DNA of 64,000 bases from a virus (lineage: Duplodnaviria; Caudoviricetes): positions 5,002 through 69,001 of IMG/VR virus record IMGVR_UViG_3300033066_001857; one strand, written 5' to 3'. The notes beneath the pieces are model-generated. The model was not told where the DNA came from, ran no database searches, and saw only the letters and a program-made list of their open reading frames with translations. A program made the translations under genes and the position numbers. The stretch's first letter is position 1. Each line of letters begins with the position of its first letter. Positions 10,201-19,243 of the stretch are shown here, one piece after another.

Positions 10201-11849
10201 TTCTTTTTCTCATTGAAGGAGGTAGGGCTTTCGTATTCGCCAGTATTATAAATAACTCCCTTAGCAACGATGTCACGATGGCCTTCTTTATCGGCCCTCA
10301 TAACTTCATACCCAACAATACCCGGAACAGGATCTCCATTCTCATCTTTTGGATACTCAATATTTTCCAGACGAAATCCCAGGATCAGAAGCTTCTTTTT
10401 AGTCTCATCATAGTTTGGAACCCTGCAGTTATCAGGGAATCTAAACAGACGCATCTTGTTACAGCTCAAAGACCCCCATACCTCACGGTTATCAGGATAA
10501 AGTTCTTCTGATTCATAGAAACCAAAGTCTCCTTCCATTACGGGATATTCAGACGCTGTAGAACCAGGATAGATCCTAGTTATAGAAGAGGTATCATGGA
10601 TCTCCCAGTTTTCTACTCTCTCCCCATTGCCATAAGCAATAGCATCCTTTCCAGATACAAGTTGTCTATCAGAACTGCTTGCTTCTCTGCCGACCAACGG
10701 AAATGCGGATGATCGGTGTCCTGTGTTGTATACAAATCTGATATACAAAGCTGTCGTTTCTCCCTTTGTATACCCGATTTTATTCCCATGTTTTCGATAA
10801 TAAGTTTCAGGAACTGCATAAGCTACCCATTTAGCCCTTATTTTATTTGCAAGGGGTTGATAATTAAATTCTTTTCTTGTTCTTACTGCGGTCTGTATCA
10901 AGTATTGATTTACCTGGTACATACCTTCTCCGCCTTCATAGTAGACGGATTGAAGAGGAAGAGTTTTTAGATCAATTGTGGGTTGATCTTGCTGTATATC
11001 GTCAATGAAAACTTTAGTCTGAGAGATGGGATAGTAGCCGAGGTTGCGAGCTGTGACCTGCTGGTTGATTGTAGAAATCAGAACCAGGGTATACTCACGG
11101 AAATCAATATCCAAGTTGGATAATTCTACTTCAATTGCCCCACCATTCCCTGTCCTTGTATAGACATACTGAGGATTGGAAATCATTAAATAGTCCGTTA
11201 TCCGGATCTCTTTGGAAGAGTAGGCAATAGCAACCCGATATGCACCATTAGGAAGGTTTCCTCCATCAGAATTTGCTAAGCTGAGCGAAGGAACCGTAAG
11301 CAATGGAGTGAGACGTAAGGCTTCACAATCCAGATCTGCTGTATTTTGAGGGATATCACACCCCCCAGCAGGATCTTTTACATACTTTTTTATATAAGGA
11401 ACATTGGAAATGTTCAGACTTCGTGCCGGATTTAAGCCGTCATTCCAGTAAATAGATTCTGTGCAATCATAGTTTTCTTTAGATACCCCTCCCCTTATAA
11501 GGTTGGATGTATTAAAGTTTAAGCACTTGTCATTTACAAGCTTTGTGTATGTGCACAGAACACTGTCAAATAACCCAATCTCAGAATCCGTATTATTGGT
11601 AGAAAAGATTGCATAAATCTTGTTCTTCAGCGGAATAGAGCCAATCAGTGTATAGGGAATATGCGAACATTTGAGAGTAGAGGGTTCGTTTCCAATTTTG
11701 AAAACATCACCTTGATGCGAATTCAGTGTTGCATTTATTGCACTCAGATATGTTCCTTCAGGAAGAAATCGAGGATCTAAGTCCTTGTTCATCCCCTTTG
11801 CAAAAAAGGAAGAATCAATTTTCTGATTATTTTGAAAGTTGTCAGCCAC
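7248..11849 (-). CDS. Tail muzzle / stabilization protein (crAss-like)
   Basis: 1533 aa; FAKGMNKDLDPRFLPEGTYLSAINA...GNEPS start and WVSFHDWHPD near the C-end; beta-rich; follows the ring genes. Confidence 0.75.
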   Translation of the reverse strand: MADNFQNNQKIDSSFFAKGMNKDLDPRFLPEGTYLSAINATLNSHQGDVFKIGNEPSTLKCSHIPYTLIGSIPLKNKIYAIFSTNNTDSEIGLFDSVLCTYTKLVNDKCLNFNTSNLIRGGVSKENYDCTESIYWNDGLNPARSLNISNVPYIKKYVKDPAGGCDIPQNTADLDCEALRLTPLLTVPSLSLANSDGGNLPNGAYRVAIAYSSKEIRITDYLMISNPQYVYTRTGNGGAIEVELSNLDIDFREYTLVLISTINQQVTARNLGYYPISQTKVFIDDIQQDQPTIDLKTLPLQSVYYEGGEGMYQVNQYLIQTAVRTRKEFNYQPLANKIRAKWVAYAVPETYYRKHGNKIGYTKGETTALYIRFVYNTGHRSSAFPLVGREASSSDRQLVSGKDAIAYGNGERVENWEIHDTSSITRIYPGSTASEYPVMEGDFGFYESEELYPDNREVWGSLSCNKMRLFRFPDNCRVPNYDETKKKLLILGFRLENIEYPKDENGDPVPGIVGYEVMRADKEGHRDIVAKGVIYNTGEYESPTSFNEKKKTLYPNYPLNDLRTDPFLSAKQVKGGCEGKDYKSVGTFSRKHFTFHSPETSLANPTLGPILKVEAEYSGKVRGAFEQVYRHPREKLIRDFAFFASAVVGIGEGILAIAGKRTYNVDPTIVEGSVEIFGVGAKAYKPIPLVSNLFSSSAIGSILSSLLKGKGATSRSVEETAADKIPTVLKIANSAVLFTYYFSQGTQKTLEVIKQLIPFQQYAYQYNAEALYSKQICPKSDNTVRRIEDYSYLFSGHQEFDGYRVNNNLRESSVIMKLNDTIADPTTVDDTRQTIGTKQLWADPTKPFETTASAYYVSIRKKLKSQYGQVDSARLIPTAAQVFPVEEGTKAASDIIFGGDTIIDEFTLKRKMHFFNQTAYDVPNGFEFDYRMYPNITFPRYWMDSHEYDISQFFRLTNIQLPNDLHYLDRKHSDCKSKLSFVVKNGYFYLYNSAVVRFFVESSYNLPFRENSTAEDATRHYDKEFSTDLTILFRSDIIREDNYFKIDKSLSPIKQLNLTYGQVQLRDFSIANAKCFAYEPNKLIYSLPSNLESKRDTWRDFLVNNNFIFPKADGKISTIKEVNRTGALYFFENSSTKLHVGVDEMHTSAGIKITIGDGELFARQPQSVSNSDFEFSECQSGFSVVSTQYGVFYISQRQGKILHYTGQIEDISVGLKWWLAEQLPSKLLKQFPTFELYDNPVSGVGCLSVFDNTNEVLYFSKKDYELKEEFVGLVEYLGGDEFKLARGSRFILGDPRFFNDASWTLSYDPKIKSWVSFHDWHPDWVIQGYTHFHSFKNSYIWKHNDTKDSYCVFYDVEYPWEVEYSYSDANEVTSLESIEYQLECFKYFDDDRFHILDENFDRAVIYNSEQCSGLLKLIPREYNRPFLILNYPKVTSNGVEIEVSKQEQKYRFNQFWDMTKNRGQFTTNWRTIFKTQTNGYKKILNSNNLDYTKTSSNKKKIRHNSTALILRKNVSGNVKMLLLLTRQKQIKSFR

Positions 11850-12042
11850 TGATATCGTATCGTTTTGTTTCGGAAATTTCTATCTCAAATACTTCGATCT
11901 CGCCATCTAAAGTTCCCAGTATGTAAATATGTCCAAGCGGTGTAATCTTTATACCAATAATAAGTCTTTCTAGCTGTTCGGGATCTGTACAGATATATAC
12001 AGTCTGCCCAATGTTGTACTTATTATTGATTTTTAATGGCAT
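11842..12042 (-). CDS. Small hypothetical protein
   Basis: 66 aa, KYNIGQTVYICTDPEQLER; overlap-coupled at both ends. Confidence 0.6.
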   Translation of the reverse strand: MPLKINNKYNIGQTVYICTDPEQLERLIIGIKITPLGHIYILGTLDGEIEVFEIEISETKRYDISG

Positions 12043-12857
12043 TAGATTATAATTGAAAAGTATCGTTTGTACATAGCTTCTCTGTTAATATCTAAGGTTT
12101 CCTGAATTTCTTTGAACTCTGGCATATTGGCAATGTTGTAAGCTTCACGTTTTGCGTATTGTAACTTCGGCATAATGTAAGCGAGTTTCCTCTCCGTATC
12201 CTCACCAGAGAAATACATATTTTCAAGAATTCTTTCTTTAATCGCGTACTCGTAGTATTCATTTATTAATGGGTGGTCGATAACCAACAGGTTACCTTCC
12301 TCATCTTCCAGGACCCCCTCGTAGTTTAGATATACCTTTCCAGAGCGAAGAGTAAGTCTTAAGAAGTTATCGTTTTGGATAACCCCAGCAACCTCACCAT
12401 GCTTAACTTGGTACATGGAGTGCTTTATATTAACTCTTTTTTCTATACGAAAGATCTTCTCGATGCTCGGAAGTACTTTCTGTACAATCACAAAGGTGTT
12501 GCCATCATCCCCGATATATACATCTCCGCAGCCATCCCCACAATCCACATTTATGTTCTCAGTAATATCCCCTTGTATTGCGGGTACTGAAGTCTTATAG
12601 TAAGTACAGACTACCGCAAAGTTTATACTTTCCAAATCATTGGGGAGCTTTAGGGAGTGGTTATTGAAGTCAATAAGCTTCTCCTTTGTTTTGGTAATAC
12701 GAAGGTTTAGCTGCTTGTTGATCTTCCTTACAATCTTAATAAGCTGTGAGGGATCAATCAGGCTTTCAGCATCATAGCCTGGCCAATCATCACTCACCGA
12801 ACTGAGAAGTTGATCGACCGTGCGATACTTAATTTTGTGGTCGAAGAATTTTGACAT
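12042..12857 (-). CDS. Tail ring / tubular protein (crAss-like)
   Basis: 271 aa; DEEGNLLVIDHPLINEYYEYAIKERILEN; position upstream of the muzzle gene. Confidence 0.55.
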   Translation of the reverse strand: MSKFFDHKIKYRTVDQLLSSVSDDWPGYDAESLIDPSQLIKIVRKINKQLNLRITKTKEKLIDFNNHSLKLPNDLESINFAVVCTYYKTSVPAIQGDITENINVDCGDGCGDVYIGDDGNTFVIVQKVLPSIEKIFRIEKRVNIKHSMYQVKHGEVAGVIQNDNFLRLTLRSGKVYLNYEGVLEDEEGNLLVIDHPLINEYYEYAIKERILENMYFSGEDTERKLAYIMPKLQYAKREAYNIANMPEFKEIQETLDINREAMYKRYFSIII

Positions 12858-13528
12858 TATTTACTGCTTTGCTTGTCAGGAATAGGATCTGTTGGAGTCT
12901 GAAGAGTGAAAGCAATATCCCTGAGAACCTCAGCCTGAACAGGACTTATGAGATAATCTGGAATACCCATTTCAATATTTTGAGCCGGGACACAGGGATC
13001 GATCTCCCCACAATCTGTCAAAGCTTCGCCATCCAGCACAGCCTCAAGACGAATTGCATCCCATTTTATATTGGGAAAATAAAGGTATCCGTTCAGATAC
13101 CAGAAGTACTTTGTCTTGTTGTATTTGAAATCTGTAGAGTTGGCCTTTTTCAGATACTGGAGGGGAGAGGTTTGTACGATTTGAATCTGGCCGTCAAGAG
13201 AGCTGACGAGACCGATGATTGGCATGTTGTAGCCTTTTAACAAAGGAGGGAGTTTGTTCTTCGTCCTCATAATCGTACAATCTGAGGAAATCCCTTCACA
13301 TTGAGCTTCTACCCGATCAACTTCTTTGAGTTCGATATAAGGTAGGGTGGTGAAGATAAACCGGATTTTATTTACCTTCATGTTCGCATCCTCACGATAG
13401 ATCATCAGAGCAAGGTGCTTTTTCAGGAGGGAGTAGATAAGCCTATCGCTTACATATCGAGTATCCTGAACAACCGCTTTACTCTGGTTGCGTATCTGAG
13501 AAATCAACTCTCCTATTGTTGTAGTCAT
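12857..13528 (-). CDS. Tail ring protein (crAss-like)
   Basis: 223 aa; MTTTIGELISQIRN...YVSDRLIYS...YFWYLNGYLYFPN pattern of crAss-like ring proteins. Confidence 0.55.
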   Translation of the reverse strand: MTTTIGELISQIRNQSKAVVQDTRYVSDRLIYSLLKKHLALMIYREDANMKVNKIRFIFTTLPYIELKEVDRVEAQCEGISSDCTIMRTKNKLPPLLKGYNMPIIGLVSSLDGQIQIVQTSPLQYLKKANSTDFKYNKTKYFWYLNGYLYFPNIKWDAIRLEAVLDGEALTDCGEIDPCVPAQNIEMGIPDYLISPVQAEVLRDIAFTLQTPTDPIPDKQSSK

Positions 13529-14084
13529 GCTTTTTAACTTTAATTCCCTTGTAGTCCTGAGATTTGAAAAAATTCGAAATCTTGGATATAGGGGAAACTT
13601 TTATATACCGGTTCCAATTTGAAGCAAACCCTGCAGAAACTTCTCGTTTGAACTTTCTACAGGGGACAAAGTACCACAGATCTCTACCTGCAAACTTGTA
13701 TTTTGTTCCGTAGTTGCTATAAAATATCTTGCATACATACTGGTTACTATCCCAGTTCTTGAAATTTATCTTCTTGTCGTGTTCGGAAGAGGTAATAGGA
13801 TCTACGATGACCTTCGCTCTAGGACAGGTCCCTATAAAAACATATCCGAGTTGTTCCGGAAATTCCACTCCATCACGGTGCTCTATTACCTTCTGTCTGA
13901 TCTTTTTGTTGAAAGCCAAAATAACCTTTTTAAAGGTTTGGAAATCAATATCGATTGAGGGATTCTTTTCCTTGAACCGTTTGAAAAGTTCTACGGAAAT
14001 TAGGTTTAGTCGAGCTCTCCGAAATCGAGGAGCAGTAACATCAGGCTTTTTATACCCCGGTTTCTTTGCAAAATATCCACACAC
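13479..14084 (-). CDS. IHF/HU-like protein of the crAss-like structural block
   Basis: 201 aa, basic; GVEFPEQLGYVFIG...WYFVPCRKFKREVS; GTG start uncertain. Confidence 0.5.
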   Translation of the reverse strand: MCGYFAKKPGYKKPDVTAPRFRRARLNLISVELFKRFKEKNPSIDIDFQTFKKVILAFNKKIRQKVIEHRDGVEFPEQLGYVFIGTCPRAKVIVDPITSSEHDKKINFKNWDSNQYVCKIFYSNYGTKYKFAGRDLWYFVPCRKFKREVSAGFASNWNRYIKVSPISKISNFFKSQDYKGIKVKKHDYNNRRVDFSDTQPE

Positions 14085-14123
14085 CTCAGTATAATTTATT
14101 GAAAAAAAGCAAATTAAAAATGT

Positions 14124-14873
14124 TTATTTTACAGCCTTGGGTAAAGGGACTGAATGGTATTTTCCACAGGAATTGCATTGGAACTGTAACTTCTTAACCC
14201 CTGCGGCAGATATCCTGGTTTTGTGCCGTACCACATCCTCTGAGCCGCATTCCGGGCAGGAGCTTTTTTCCAGACCATTTAATACCCCACAGTGAGTTTT
14301 TGCAGGGAGATGGTTCTTCATTCGGTGGAAAATCTTCTCCAGCAGGACAACATCTCCTTTGCAATAATGAACCATTTTCTGAAGGGCTTTGTTATCCCTT
14401 CTAAGAACGATTGATTTCCAAAGTCCGAAAGTAGTCTTGATTTTTTTACCGATCCCCAGGTAGGTTCCAATGTAATCGAGGCGATTGGAGTTGAAGCGGA
14501 ATTTAGCGCGGGCAAATTTGAGAGTGTCAATTGTGACGTAGGTAGGAAAGGCGGAGATTTTGTGGTATAGGCACCTCGTTCGAATCCAAGGTAGATCGAA
14601 CTTATCTCCGTTGTGCCCCACTAGTTCGTCTGCCTCATTAGCGATTTTTATAAACTTCTCTAGCATTTTCTTATCGTCCTGATCCTTATCCCAGGTCAAA
14701 GACTGTACTACTTTCTCTCCTTCCCACTTATAACAAATACAAATTATTGCCCTCTCTTTGATAATATTCTCATAATCTATATTCTGCTTATACCCCGCTG
14801 ACCAGAAAAGCCCTATATTTGGGCTTGTCTCCACATCGAAGTATAATCTTTTGATTTTTAAGCGTTTACTCAT
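14124..14873 (-). CDS. DEDD/RNase H-like 3'-5' exonuclease with C-terminal Zn ribbon
   Basis: YFDVETS (ExoI), VGHNGDKFDLP (ExoII), YCKGDV (ExoIII); CPECGS...CNSCG. Confidence 0.8.
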   Translation of the reverse strand: MSKRLKIKRLYFDVETSPNIGLFWSAGYKQNIDYENIIKERAIICICYKWEGEKVVQSLTWDKDQDDKKMLEKFIKIANEADELVGHNGDKFDLPWIRTRCLYHKISAFPTYVTIDTLKFARAKFRFNSNRLDYIGTYLGIGKKIKTTFGLWKSIVLRRDNKALQKMVHYCKGDVVLLEKIFHRMKNHLPAKTHCGVLNGLEKSSCPECGSEDVVRHKTRISAAGVKKLQFQCNSCGKYHSVPLPKAVK

Positions 14874-14875
14874 AT

Positions 14876-15382
14876 TTAGATTTGATTTTTTTTGAGTATT
14901 CTCTCCCTATTCTTAAGATACCATTCTCTTTTATACTTCTTTAAATCTTTACATCTGCCATCTTTATATTTGGGGAGTTTTTCTGGGCTAGTACAGACAT
15001 GTAATTTGTTTTCAATAGCATGTTTTAAATTTTCTGCTATTGATACATATTCTAAGTTGGAGGGATGATTGTTTAATTTATTACAATCTTTGTGGTTAAC
15101 AGTGAGTCCTGGAGGACGTTCTCCGAGAAATAATTTTGCCACAATTGAGTGAACTGTAGTTCCTTTATTTGAAAGTTTAACCTTTAAATATCCATCCTTA
15201 TTTAAAAATTGAGAAAGCTCTCTTCCTTTTGCATGTTTAGAGTCAGAAAAAATTCTTACCTTCCCTGAATCCAAAACCTCTACCCTATAGTATGGAGCAA
15301 TATGAAGCATCATTTCTTTACATAAAGTTAGGGTAAATTGGTAATTATCCAAAAAATTTATTTGGAAGTTCAAAACTTTCAT
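14876..15382 (-). CDS. HNH homing endonuclease
   Basis: GYLKVKL...VHSIVAKLF...VNHKDCNKLNNHPSNLEYVSIAENLKH; basic C-terminal DNA-binding tail. Confidence 0.85.
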   Translation of the reverse strand: MKVLNFQINFLDNYQFTLTLCKEMMLHIAPYYRVEVLDSGKVRIFSDSKHAKGRELSQFLNKDGYLKVKLSNKGTTVHSIVAKLFLGERPPGLTVNHKDCNKLNNHPSNLEYVSIAENLKHAIENKLHVCTSPEKLPKYKDGRCKDLKKYKREWYLKNRERILKKNQI

Positions 15383-15384
15383 AC

Positions 15385-15392
15385 TATATTTG
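15385..15392 (+). promoter_or_regulatory. Bacteroidota-type -7 promoter box (TAnnTTTG), antisense orientation
   Basis: TATATTTG exact match, immediately upstream of a hairpin-rich non-coding segment. Confidence 0.4.
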
Positions 15393-15397
15393 CTTTA

Positions 15398-15504
15398 TAA
15401 GTACAGATGCTAAGAGGTGAGTAACTGTATCAACTTGTTGGCGAAAGCCAAATCCAGCCGCCTCTCTGGATGGAGCCTGTACGAAAGTATGGGCTCCTTT
15501 TTTT
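15398..15504 (+). ncRNA. Candidate ~105-nt structured small RNA
   Basis: TTGGC-GAAA-GCCAA and TCCAG..CTGGA hairpins, then a GAAA-capped terminator and T7; no ORF; tetraloops read as GNRA only on the + strand. Confidence 0.4.
15472..15504 (+). terminator. Intrinsic terminator on the + strand
   Basis: GGAGCCTGTAC-GAAA-GTATGGGCTCC followed by TTTTTTT. Confidence 0.7.
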
Positions 15505-15778
15505 GTACACCGCCACCTTCGGGTGATCAGAGCAGTAAGTACCGGCGGGTTAACGCTGCTTTCAGACGTAGGATAGTAAGTTCCACCTTAACATAGGAAC
15601 TGAGGTTTCTCCTACAGCGGGAAAAATGTTCAAGGCTTAGGACACAGTTTGTAACCGAGGGCTATAGCAGATACAGGCTAGTTTGGAGGTTACTGGGTAG
15701 CTCAGAAATGAGAGGCACTGGCTGTGAACAAGGCTTTTGAATTAATTTTATGGGTAAGGGCTAGGTGTTTAAAGTTTA

Positions 15779-15786
15779 CAAAGATA
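15779..15786 (-). promoter_or_regulatory. TAnnTTTG box inside a 9-bp inverted repeat (15763-15793)
   Basis: Minus strand TATCTTTG; flanked by AGGTGTTTA/TAAACACCT. Confidence 0.35.
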
Positions 15787-15831
15787 AACACCTGATTTTC
15801 AATAAAATAGGTCTAGGAGCAAGGAGAGGTT

Positions 15832-16743
15832 TTAATAGGTCAGCATCGGGCCTACAGAAGTTGAGCCATCTTCAAAGAAGCCAATTGTTCTAAATCCTGC
15901 AGGACAATGTTTCTCCTCATAAGAAGTGTCATTCCACCAGTTAGCACAGACAGCTCCACTGTTTACGTATTTAACCCCCAGGTAAGTTTCTTCACTGTAG
16001 ACGTGTTCATGACCACTTAAGCAGATCTTGATTTTGGGATTCTGACGGAAGATTTCAGTCATTGGGTATAAATCCTTCATGATATCTACTGTAGGATTCC
16101 ATACGCCGGATGTGGCTGGATTTACAGCGTTGTAATATGTCCACCACATTAAGGCTGAGACAGTTACGAGAGGAACATGGGTTATTACACAAATGAACAT
16201 ATCGGCCGGAGTAGTTGCTACTAGGTCAGAAAACCATGCAATCTGTGTAGCTCCATATCTCCAGTCGGCATTAATAGAATAGGCATTGCCATTATCCTCA
16301 TAAGCTCCTTGTTGGGAGAATAGAGTGATAAATCTCCAATTGTTTATATCTACGTAGTAGTAATTAGAAGGCATACTGAGCTGACCATTTGTCAGGGCAC
16401 AGTCATGATTACCTCGGGCAACGTATGTAGGAGCTATCGCATTGAGGTCAGTAAGCAAAGTACCAAGCATTGTAGTTTGGTCCGAATTTCCTCCCTGAGC
16501 ATCAATCATATCACCCGTAGCAAAAATATAGTCTGGGGTCTGCGCAGCAATGGCCGTCTTAAGTAGGGGGAGTCTCGTATTGCAAGTGGAATTATTCTTC
16601 AGGTGAAAGTCTGTGGCATGCACAATCTTAAAATCAGGAGAACTAGACTGCAGTGCAGAAAGTACTGATCCACTGTTAATTAGCCGTATGTTCGGAGAAG
16701 GGTGGCTAATAGTATCCCCAATGTTGACGTATTCTTTGTTCAT
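15832..16743 (-). CDS. Calcineurin-like metallophosphoesterase (Icc/CpdA-like)
   Basis: TDFH, TGDMID, RGNHD, ITHVP and SGHEH motifs all intact; SGAVCANWW. Confidence 0.85.
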   Translation of the reverse strand: MNKEYVNIGDTISHPSPNIRLINSGSVLSALQSSSPDFKIVHATDFHLKNNSTCNTRLPLLKTAIAAQTPDYIFATGDMIDAQGGNSDQTTMLGTLLTDLNAIAPTYVARGNHDCALTNGQLSMPSNYYYVDINNWRFITLFSQQGAYEDNGNAYSINADWRYGATQIAWFSDLVATTPADMFICVITHVPLVTVSALMWWTYYNAVNPATSGVWNPTVDIMKDLYPMTEIFRQNPKIKICLSGHEHVYSEETYLGVKYVNSGAVCANWWNDTSYEEKHCPAGFRTIGFFEDGSTSVGPMLTY

Positions 16744-16744
16744 A

Positions 16745-17926
16745 TTAGGTTATTGTAATAGTCCATCCGGCACCAGTCAAATTATTGTAAGCTGTATCAG
16801 AAGTAGCAGTCCTGGCTGTACAAGCATTCATCCTAATAGTTTTCTGTCCGATAGGAGTTACTCCGGTAAGAAGTGTATCCAGGGCTATTAAGAAGGCATC
16901 GACATCAGCTGCAGAAGCAGTGGCTGTTGAGGCATGTCGTATGGTAAGGAGTTCTGTAAATACAGGGAGAGATGTTACCGTAGCAGCATTAGAGACAAGG
17001 TTTGTACCACCATTAGAGTAGTATTCGACTTGTCTGATGCCAGTTGCAGGGGCAATGTAAGTATCCATCCAGGTAAGATATCCAGACACTGAGGTGTATT
17101 CACCCGTACAAACACCCTTCAGGGATGTAGTATTTATAGCTGTCGGCAGGTTCGCAGCCTCGACCCTCCATGCCCCACCACCCGCATGATCCAGGAAGAA
17201 CCATTCGAGTTGGTCGAGATCTGCCCAGTTTGTAATCTGGTTGAAGTCTGTAATATTCTGACCCACATAGAAGAAGTTCTTAAGTCCGCGAGGAAGGATG
17301 CCAGAGATGTCGTAAGCACCATTTGAAAATTCAGCTCCGAAAGTTTCGCAATCTCTGCTATGGAAGATTTTTACAGTAGAGTTGTTTGTCAGACCGGTAA
17401 GAGTTACCTTCTTGAAAGTGAAAACTGGTGCATGCCGATATCTTCCGGAAGTCCCATTTCCATACCATTCGAACTCTGTATCCGAACTAGTCGGCGTTCC
17501 TGACGTGCTGAAATCAATAATTGTAGGAGTAGATCCGTATACAGCAATCATCCCATCACTACCGTGAATTTTCAAATTGGCGGTTCCGGTAACTGAGAAA
17601 TATTCCAGGCCGTATAAGGTAACGATAGAATTGATATAAATTGGAGCAAAAACGAAATCAGTCCCTGATCCAGATTCGATCTGTCCAAGTTGTTGATTAT
17701 CAGTATCTGCATTCCATAGAGCAATATATTCATCTGCAGTAGTAGCTATACCAAGATAGGTACCAGTTGTAGAGAATACTCCTAAGGGATAGTCTAAATC
17801 TGTGTCGTTGTTGTAGTTTTGAACGGACAGGAACATCTTGCCCCCACTTCCGCTGGAGAAATCTGTGCAGCAAATCCACTTTTTGATTCGCCGGACATCC
17901 CTTTCAAGTTGCTCAATTGTTGTCAT
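16745..17926 (-). CDS. Putative virion/tail-associated beta-rich protein
   Basis: 393 aa, Thr/Gly/Ser-rich; C-terminal VDAFLIALD...YNNLTGAGWTIT. Confidence 0.5.
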   Translation of the reverse strand: MTTIEQLERDVRRIKKWICCTDFSSGSGGKMFLSVQNYNNDTDLDYPLGVFSTTGTYLGIATTADEYIALWNADTDNQQLGQIESGSGTDFVFAPIYINSIVTLYGLEYFSVTGTANLKIHGSDGMIAVYGSTPTIIDFSTSGTPTSSDTEFEWYGNGTSGRYRHAPVFTFKKVTLTGLTNNSTVKIFHSRDCETFGAEFSNGAYDISGILPRGLKNFFYVGQNITDFNQITNWADLDQLEWFFLDHAGGGAWRVEAANLPTAINTTSLKGVCTGEYTSVSGYLTWMDTYIAPATGIRQVEYYSNGGTNLVSNAATVTSLPVFTELLTIRHASTATASAADVDAFLIALDTLLTGVTPIGQKTIRMNACTARTATSDTAYNNLTGAGWTITIT

Positions 17927-17945
17927 AAGCTGTCTTTTAAAAATT

Positions 17946-17981
17946 AAAAAACAGTCCCCGTTGTAGAAACAACAGGGAGTG
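17946..17981 (-). terminator. Intrinsic terminator
   Basis: Minus strand CACTCCCTGTTGT-TTCT-ACAACGGGGACTG followed by TTTTTT; two more hairpins lie at ~17998-18020 and ~18050-18067. Confidence 0.6.
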
Positions 17982-18083
17982 TAATAGAGAATAATCTTCC
18001 TGGGGTAGACACCCCTGGAATTTTTATAAAACCAACCAAATTAGTTGGACAGAAGGGGTTACTTCTGTTTTCTTTCATAGGGC

Positions 18084-18437
18084 TTAACTTACAACCTCAA
18101 TCTTGAGGTCGGTGCATAAAGTTGATTGTAGATAAAAATACTCACCGTCCTGTGTAAAAGTTCCAATCCCCGGATAGGCTGCAGTAATGTCTGATACTGA
18201 AGCAGTTGCAGAAGCAGAAAGGGCATACTTGCCAACAATCTCGCCACCACAGGAGATTCTTAAAAACTTTGCAGAAAGGTCGCCAGCAGGAATAGCTACG
18301 CTTGCAGCGCAGCAGGGGGTACCTGCAATTTCCATCCACTCACCCTGAGTAGGTCTTGCAGCCCGTACTTCAAGTACGCCTGCAATAGGTCGCCTGTTAG
18401 AATCAAGCTTGACCCAGTAACGGAGTCTTTTTCCCAT
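18084..18437 (-). CDS. Small putative structural protein
   Basis: 117 aa; LRYWVKLDSNRRPIAG...GEWMEI...CC. Confidence 0.55.
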   Translation of the reverse strand: MGKRLRYWVKLDSNRRPIAGVLEVRAARPTQGEWMEIAGTPCCAASVAIPAGDLSAKFLRISCGGEIVGKYALSASATASVSDITAAYPGIGTFTQDGEYFYLQSTLCTDLKIEVVS

Positions 18438-18486
18438 TTTTATGTGTTTGTTTGATTAAAAAATGCCAGAATGGCTAAGGTAGGTC

Positions 18487-18876
18487 TCATATACAATTTA
18501 CATAAATAAACCCAGAAATCAAAATTAGGCTGATCTTTAAGGCCCATCTTTCCCCCACACTCATTTCAGAGAGGATCTTGTCCAGAGAAGAAGTTGAGCC
18601 TACGTGATTCCAGGGATGTCCAGTAAGAAGGTTTAGGAGACCGTCAAAGAGTAACCACCATAGGCTAAATAGTAATAAGTCACTGAGAATCAACCCAGTG
18701 ACTATCCAAATAGTAATATTGTTAGCCAGAAGAATGGTAGAGGGCAGGAGGCCTAAAGCACGAAAAACTGTACCTCTAAAATGATTCACAGTAAGGCCTT
18801 TTCGAATTCTGTAAGAATCCGTCCATAAATCAATTGCTAAAACAATTGTAAATAGAATAAAGGCAATCCCGATCAT
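18487..18876 (-). CDS. Membrane protein
   Basis: 129 aa with about 4 hydrophobic segments. Confidence 0.6.
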   Translation of the reverse strand: MIGIAFILFTIVLAIDLWTDSYRIRKGLTVNHFRGTVFRALGLLPSTILLANNITIWIVTGLILSDLLLFSLWWLLFDGLLNLLTGHPWNHVGSTSSLDKILSEMSVGERWALKISLILISGFIYVNCI

Positions 18877-19199
18877 TAAATATCACTTACTATCCCTGTC
18901 AGCATGCCAAGCGCCAAGAACAGCAGAGCAAATATGCCAGGATGAACCCTTTCGCTTACCCCATCAAATTTGTCGGCATTCCATAACCACCAGACAGAGG
19001 TTGCATAAAATAAAACACCCAGGATATTAAGTACTAATCCAGACTGAGAATTACTAACAGAGAGATCTGTTTTGAAGATAAATTGGCAGCAGAATACTAC
19101 TGCAATAATAATTGTTCCTATCAGGTCGAAGCGGAAGATTTCTTTAGCACGAGCCGCAGCTTCAGTACCCGGTTTAGGTTTAACTTTTTTAGTAGCCAT
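18876..19199 (-). CDS. Membrane protein
   Basis: 107 aa with 3 hydrophobic segments; TAATG-coupled to the next gene. Confidence 0.6.
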   Translation of the reverse strand: MATKKVKPKPGTEAAARAKEIFRFDLIGTIIIAVVFCCQFIFKTDLSVSNSQSGLVLNILGVLFYATSVWWLWNADKFDGVSERVHPGIFALLFLALGMLTGIVSDI

Positions 19200-19243
19200 T
19201 TCGTAGGATTTTGGTTCATCCTTAATATACGAAATTTAAACAA

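Noticed and set aside
15395-15830. Group I/II intron, hammerhead or tRNA
   Set aside because: No interrupted gene; no P7/R-S elements, full domain V, CUGAUGA/GAAA core or cloverleaf found
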